A stretch of DNA of 62,842 nucleotides, filler included, from Theionarchaea archaeon (lineage in GTDB: Archaea > Methanobacteriota_B > Thermococci > Methanofastidiosales > SZ-28-30), in assembly GCA_018992565.1 (NCBI GenBank). It is 5 parts of 5 records of this genome, joined end to end, with 100 filler letters (N's around TTAATTAATTAA, not from the genome) between each part and the next. Parts side by side here need not be neighbours in the genome. Positions count along the whole stretch, not along the records: positions 59,418 to 62,842 come from JACVGW010000145.1; 4 more parts are not named here. One strand, 5' to 3'. The notes beneath the pieces were generated by a model. That model saw only the letters and a list, made by a program, of their open reading frames with translations. It had not been told where the DNA came from and ran no database searches. The first letter of the stretch is position 1. Every line of letters starts with the position of its first letter. A program made the position numbers and the translations under genes. Shown in pieces: positions 59,793-62,842 of this stretch.

Positions 59793-61754
59793 TCAGTCAC
59801 GTTCCAGTAAGGCAACAAAGTCTTTCAGGGGAATCGACCTCGCGCCGAGATAGATATACGTGCTCCCCACTTCTCGGATATATATCTCCTTTTCGTAGAA
59901 GTCATCGAGTCTTCTGAGCATAGCTATGAGTTCTCCTGGCGAAGCAGTTCCCACCCATCGTTCCAGCTCTCTGATATATACCCATGTATCATTGTCAGCG
60001 ACGAAGTCAATTCGATTCAGGAGGAGCCGTTTTCCAGGAAGGTACAGCCCATTACTCACTGTCCCGCCACATGCAGGAATGCATAACCAGTCATGTGCAT
60101 TCGGTCCTGATACGGATTGTTCTGCGAACCCTTCTACCCAGTAGTATTCTATATGAGCCAGATCGAGAGCTGCAGAGATAGTTGCTGCCTGAACGATACA
60201 ATGCCCTGCCTTTGTGGTGTAGCTCTCTTCCACTGTCTGTTCAACCAGGTCGCAAAACCAGGTATGCCCATGTGCTACAATTCGCATATCACCAGTAGTG
60301 GCATGCTTCAAATATTCTCTTGACACTTCCACCATCTTGTCTTCCCCTTCACGTGTTTCTGCCATGGCTGCCAGGTATGCCGTTATGGGACTCAGGTAGT
60401 TCGCCTGTTTGAGCAAGAATCGCCTTTCTGCAATGAAATCAATTCCAGATTCCTCTACCCTCTCATAGATATCTGTTTCAATGTACTTTTCCAGGTTCCA
60501 GACAGGTCTCAGGGCAGAAAGGAGTGCCATATCCTCCCCCAAGTGAGACGGCAGCCCTGTTATCCTTTTGAGTTCGTCAAGGAATGCGAGCTCATCCTCT
60601 TCTAAGGGGGGAACGGTCACCTCTGTTGCGCAGGCATTCACCAGCGCCTTCAGGAGCTCGTCTTTATCTGTATCATCTCTCTCCATCAACGGGTACCACA
60701 CGTGCTCTTCGTTGAAAATGAGGATTGGATTTCCCCCTATCTGTTCTGCAGGTTCCAGCGTAGTTGCCCAAATAATGGTGTCACCATTGCAGAGATAGGT
60801 GTTCTCATTATCACAGTACACGAGATACATCTCCTTTTCTCCTCTTCCGGCGAAGTAGGCCTGGACTCCTTTTTCCAGCTGTGTCAGTCTGGTATCGCTT
60901 GACTTGAGCGTACTGGCAATGGGCAGCAGCCTCCTATCAAGATAGGAAAAGACCGGGTACTCTTGAGGATACTCTGCTCTGAACCCAATGACAGTATATG
61001 TTGAAAAATCGATATCATCAAAGGAGAAGGGTGGACTCTCATATGTCCGGGTGTACAGGTCTTCACTGTGTACATCTTTGATTTCAAAAGCTCTTTTGAA
61101 CCCTCTACTGGTGGTTATTATTTCTATGAATAGTCCATCTGCCTGTAGATAGATTTCCGGGTGCTTCACTGATAATGTTCGTGTAGCATAGAACCTGCAG
61201 GCATATGAAGGGTCTTCCTGTGCTCTCTGGATCACCATTTCCCACGCGGACCTATGGATTGATGAAGCTTCCCCCACTGGGCTTTGAATGGAACTTAATT
61301 TTGAGTAATATGTTTTCAGGTATGTTTCTGTCATTTCTGGGCTCATGTCAGCGAATGCTCTTATGCTGTTGAGGAGAGTTATGGAGTCTGGATCAATGGG
61401 ACGCTGAAGCAAAGTGGATTGGAGCACGGGTTGTGTGAGATCTCCCATTTCAAGACTCTTCCTGAGAAATTCCAGTTCATCCTCATCAATTGTTCCATCC
61501 TTGAGCAGTATCGATTTGATTAGAATGTCCTGGAGGGATGTTGATAAGGAGGCCATGATGTCAATAAATGCTTTTTCATCTTTATTGAATTCTCCATCAC
61601 TGCCCAGCACTTCAAGAGAATCATGTATTTCTTGAGAAAATCCTTTTCCTTCTGCATACTGGAGCACCTGCTCCTCTGAGGATTGCTGCTGGGATATGCA
61701 ACCCAAAACCAGTATAATAGCCACCACAGTAAAAGCAACATTTCGGTTACCCAT
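59793..61754 (-). CDS. Hypothetical lipoprotein, 653 aa, possible C-terminal transglutaminase-like region
   Basis: Lipobox VLGC; late motifs GHCIVQA and AHDWL. Confidence 0.65.
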   Translation of the reverse strand: MGNRNVAFTVVAIILVLGCISQQQSSEEQVLQYAEGKGFSQEIHDSLEVLGSDGEFNKDEKAFIDIMASLSTSLQDILIKSILLKDGTIDEDELEFLRKSLEMGDLTQPVLQSTLLQRPIDPDSITLLNSIRAFADMSPEMTETYLKTYYSKLSSIQSPVGEASSIHRSAWEMVIQRAQEDPSYACRFYATRTLSVKHPEIYLQADGLFIEIITTSRGFKRAFEIKDVHSEDLYTRTYESPPFSFDDIDFSTYTVIGFRAEYPQEYPVFSYLDRRLLPIASTLKSSDTRLTQLEKGVQAYFAGRGEKEMYLVYCDNENTYLCNGDTIIWATTLEPAEQIGGNPILIFNEEHVWYPLMERDDTDKDELLKALVNACATEVTVPPLEEDELAFLDELKRITGLPSHLGEDMALLSALRPVWNLEKYIETDIYERVEESGIDFIAERRFLLKQANYLSPITAYLAAMAETREGEDKMVEVSREYLKHATTGDMRIVAHGHTWFCDLVEQTVEESYTTKAGHCIVQAATISAALDLAHIEYYWVEGFAEQSVSGPNAHDWLCIPACGGTVSNGLYLPGKRLLLNRIDFVADNDTWVYIRELERWVGTASPGELIAMLRRLDDFYEKEIYIREVGSTYIYLGARSIPLKDFVALLERD

Positions 61755-62104
61755 GATTCACTTAGTGAGGCGTTGTATAAGAACCCTCTGTAACCTCACC
61801 GTATTGTAGACCGGAGAAAGAGTTCCGGGAAGTGAAAATCATTCTCTCCCAGATAATGGGACTGAGTAAGAAAAAGGGATTCCACATTTCGAGAAGGAAG
61901 GACTCCTGTAACGTGATGGATTTTCTATTGTCATCATATCCACCAGGCGAACCATTTCTCCTGACAGCAAGAAGATGCTAAAGAGATTCAAGCATTTGTG
62001 CAGGGATCCTCATAAGAACGGAGGAGTAGAAGTCATCTACGTTCGGTGTACGACGAAATGCAAAATAGAAAAGACTTAAAAGACGGATTCCCCAAGGAGT
62101 ACAC

Positions 62105-62842
62105 ATGGGATCCAATGAGAGAGGAACAGGGGAAGTCGGAAATAGAGAGTCTTTTCCTGAGACGATGGTATTCGTTCTGGAGACTGTATCCAAGTATAAG
62201 AGACTTCCTTCTAAAATGCTCCTTCTTGTTGCAAAGAATCTTGAACCTTCGACTCTCCGTAGGGCTGCGAGCGTCCTTGAAAGAGGAGGATATCTGAGGA
62301 AGAGAAGGGAATCAGACGATACATACTACTCTCTGGCGTCGCAAGGCGATATTCTCATGGAAAAGGAGCGCGAAAAGATAAAGCTCAAACTGAAAGATCT
62401 CCTGGCGAAGATGAAGCCTAGAGCGTGGGAAAGGCGATTGTACATACTTCAAATTGTCCAGGAAAGAAGAGAAGCTACCTTTACTGAAATATCCGAAGCT
62501 GTAAAAGATCAGTTTCCCATCGGTTCCAGCAGAGCAAACATGTACAGGGATATCGAGCAACTGAGAATGAAAGAATACCTCGTGATCTCAAAGTTCAGTA
62601 CAGTGTACGAGAATCTATATGAAGTTGGAGATATGGGAATCAAGGTTCTGGAAAAGAGAGGTCAAGCATTTGAAAGGGAACCTTCAGACCTCCCGCTTGT
62701 AACCACATCTTCCACATCAAGAGAACAGTGGGCATCTATTGGCGATATTGCTGTCCCCTGGATTATTGTAGAAGGCACAGGGGAATTCATGTACACGAAA
62801 GAGCACATAGTGTCCCGATATCTTGACCTTCCTCTTGACCTT
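62105..62842 (+). CDS. 3'-truncated tandem winged-HTH protein, paralog of 37020-38381
   Basis: Open from ATG 62105 (GGAG RBS) to window end; 'KPRAWE..SRANMYRDIEQLRMKEYL..YEV' aligns with 'KPWE..SRASIYRNLKHLRMKGYI..YRL'; not in ORF track. Confidence 0.75.
   Translation, partial: MGSNERGTGEVGNRESFPETMVFVLETVSKYKRLPSKMLLLVAKNLEPSTLRRAASVLERGGYLRKRRESDDTYYSLASQGDILMEKEREKIKLKLKDLLAKMKPRAWERRLYILQIVQERREATFTEISEAVKDQFPIGSSRANMYRDIEQLRMKEYLVISKFSTVYENLYEVGDMGIKVLEKRGQAFEREPSDLPLVTTSSTSREQWASIGDIAVPWIIVEGTGEFMYTKEHIVSRYLDLPLDL

Noticed and set aside
61978..62560. Short ORFs suggesting a decayed gene
   Set aside because: A single frame is open from 62105 to the window end; the short ORFs are shadows
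1..62842. CRISPR array, transposase, integrase or rRNA
   Set aside because: No regularly spaced repeats or recognisable motifs seen by eye; no duplicate of the tRNA 3' end noticed

Overview
Archaeal metagenome-type DNA, shown by TFB, TiaS, Taw1, archaeal ThrRS, a Thermococcales-like PolB and BRE/TATA promoters with many leaderless genes. The lineage is probably Thermococci-related, such as Theionarchaea (inference only). The window is five contigs joined by artificial N-TTAATTAATTAA-N linkers, so genes on opposite sides of a linker are not real neighbours. Contents: tRNA-Thr, trpB2, polB, a leucine-catabolic cluster, an S8 protease, an uncharacterised amino-acid catabolic island (opine dehydrogenase, D-threonine-aldolase-like, SdhA-like with a 2Fe-2S partner, RidA, two ThrC-like), a TctA-like/OB-fold pair, feoAB-dtxR with an operator, a CHAT-STAND-TPR protein, thrS, a DapA-like/Fae fusion, endoV, taw1, arsR-tldD-tldE, a PfkB kinase with an AIP-synthase-like gene, malic enzyme and cooC. 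Best candidate for a new system: a putative archaeal RiPP locus (43171-44587). A radical SAM/SPASM enzyme follows an 82-aa peptide with two leader-core units, each containing QGPCGGCD (a CX3D motif; 6 of 8 codons differ synonymously), and the peptide gene is flanked by hairpins. Two tiny peptide genes missed by the ORF track (36725-36823 and 50998-51087) sit beside regulators, and the first carries a related PCGGVE motif.
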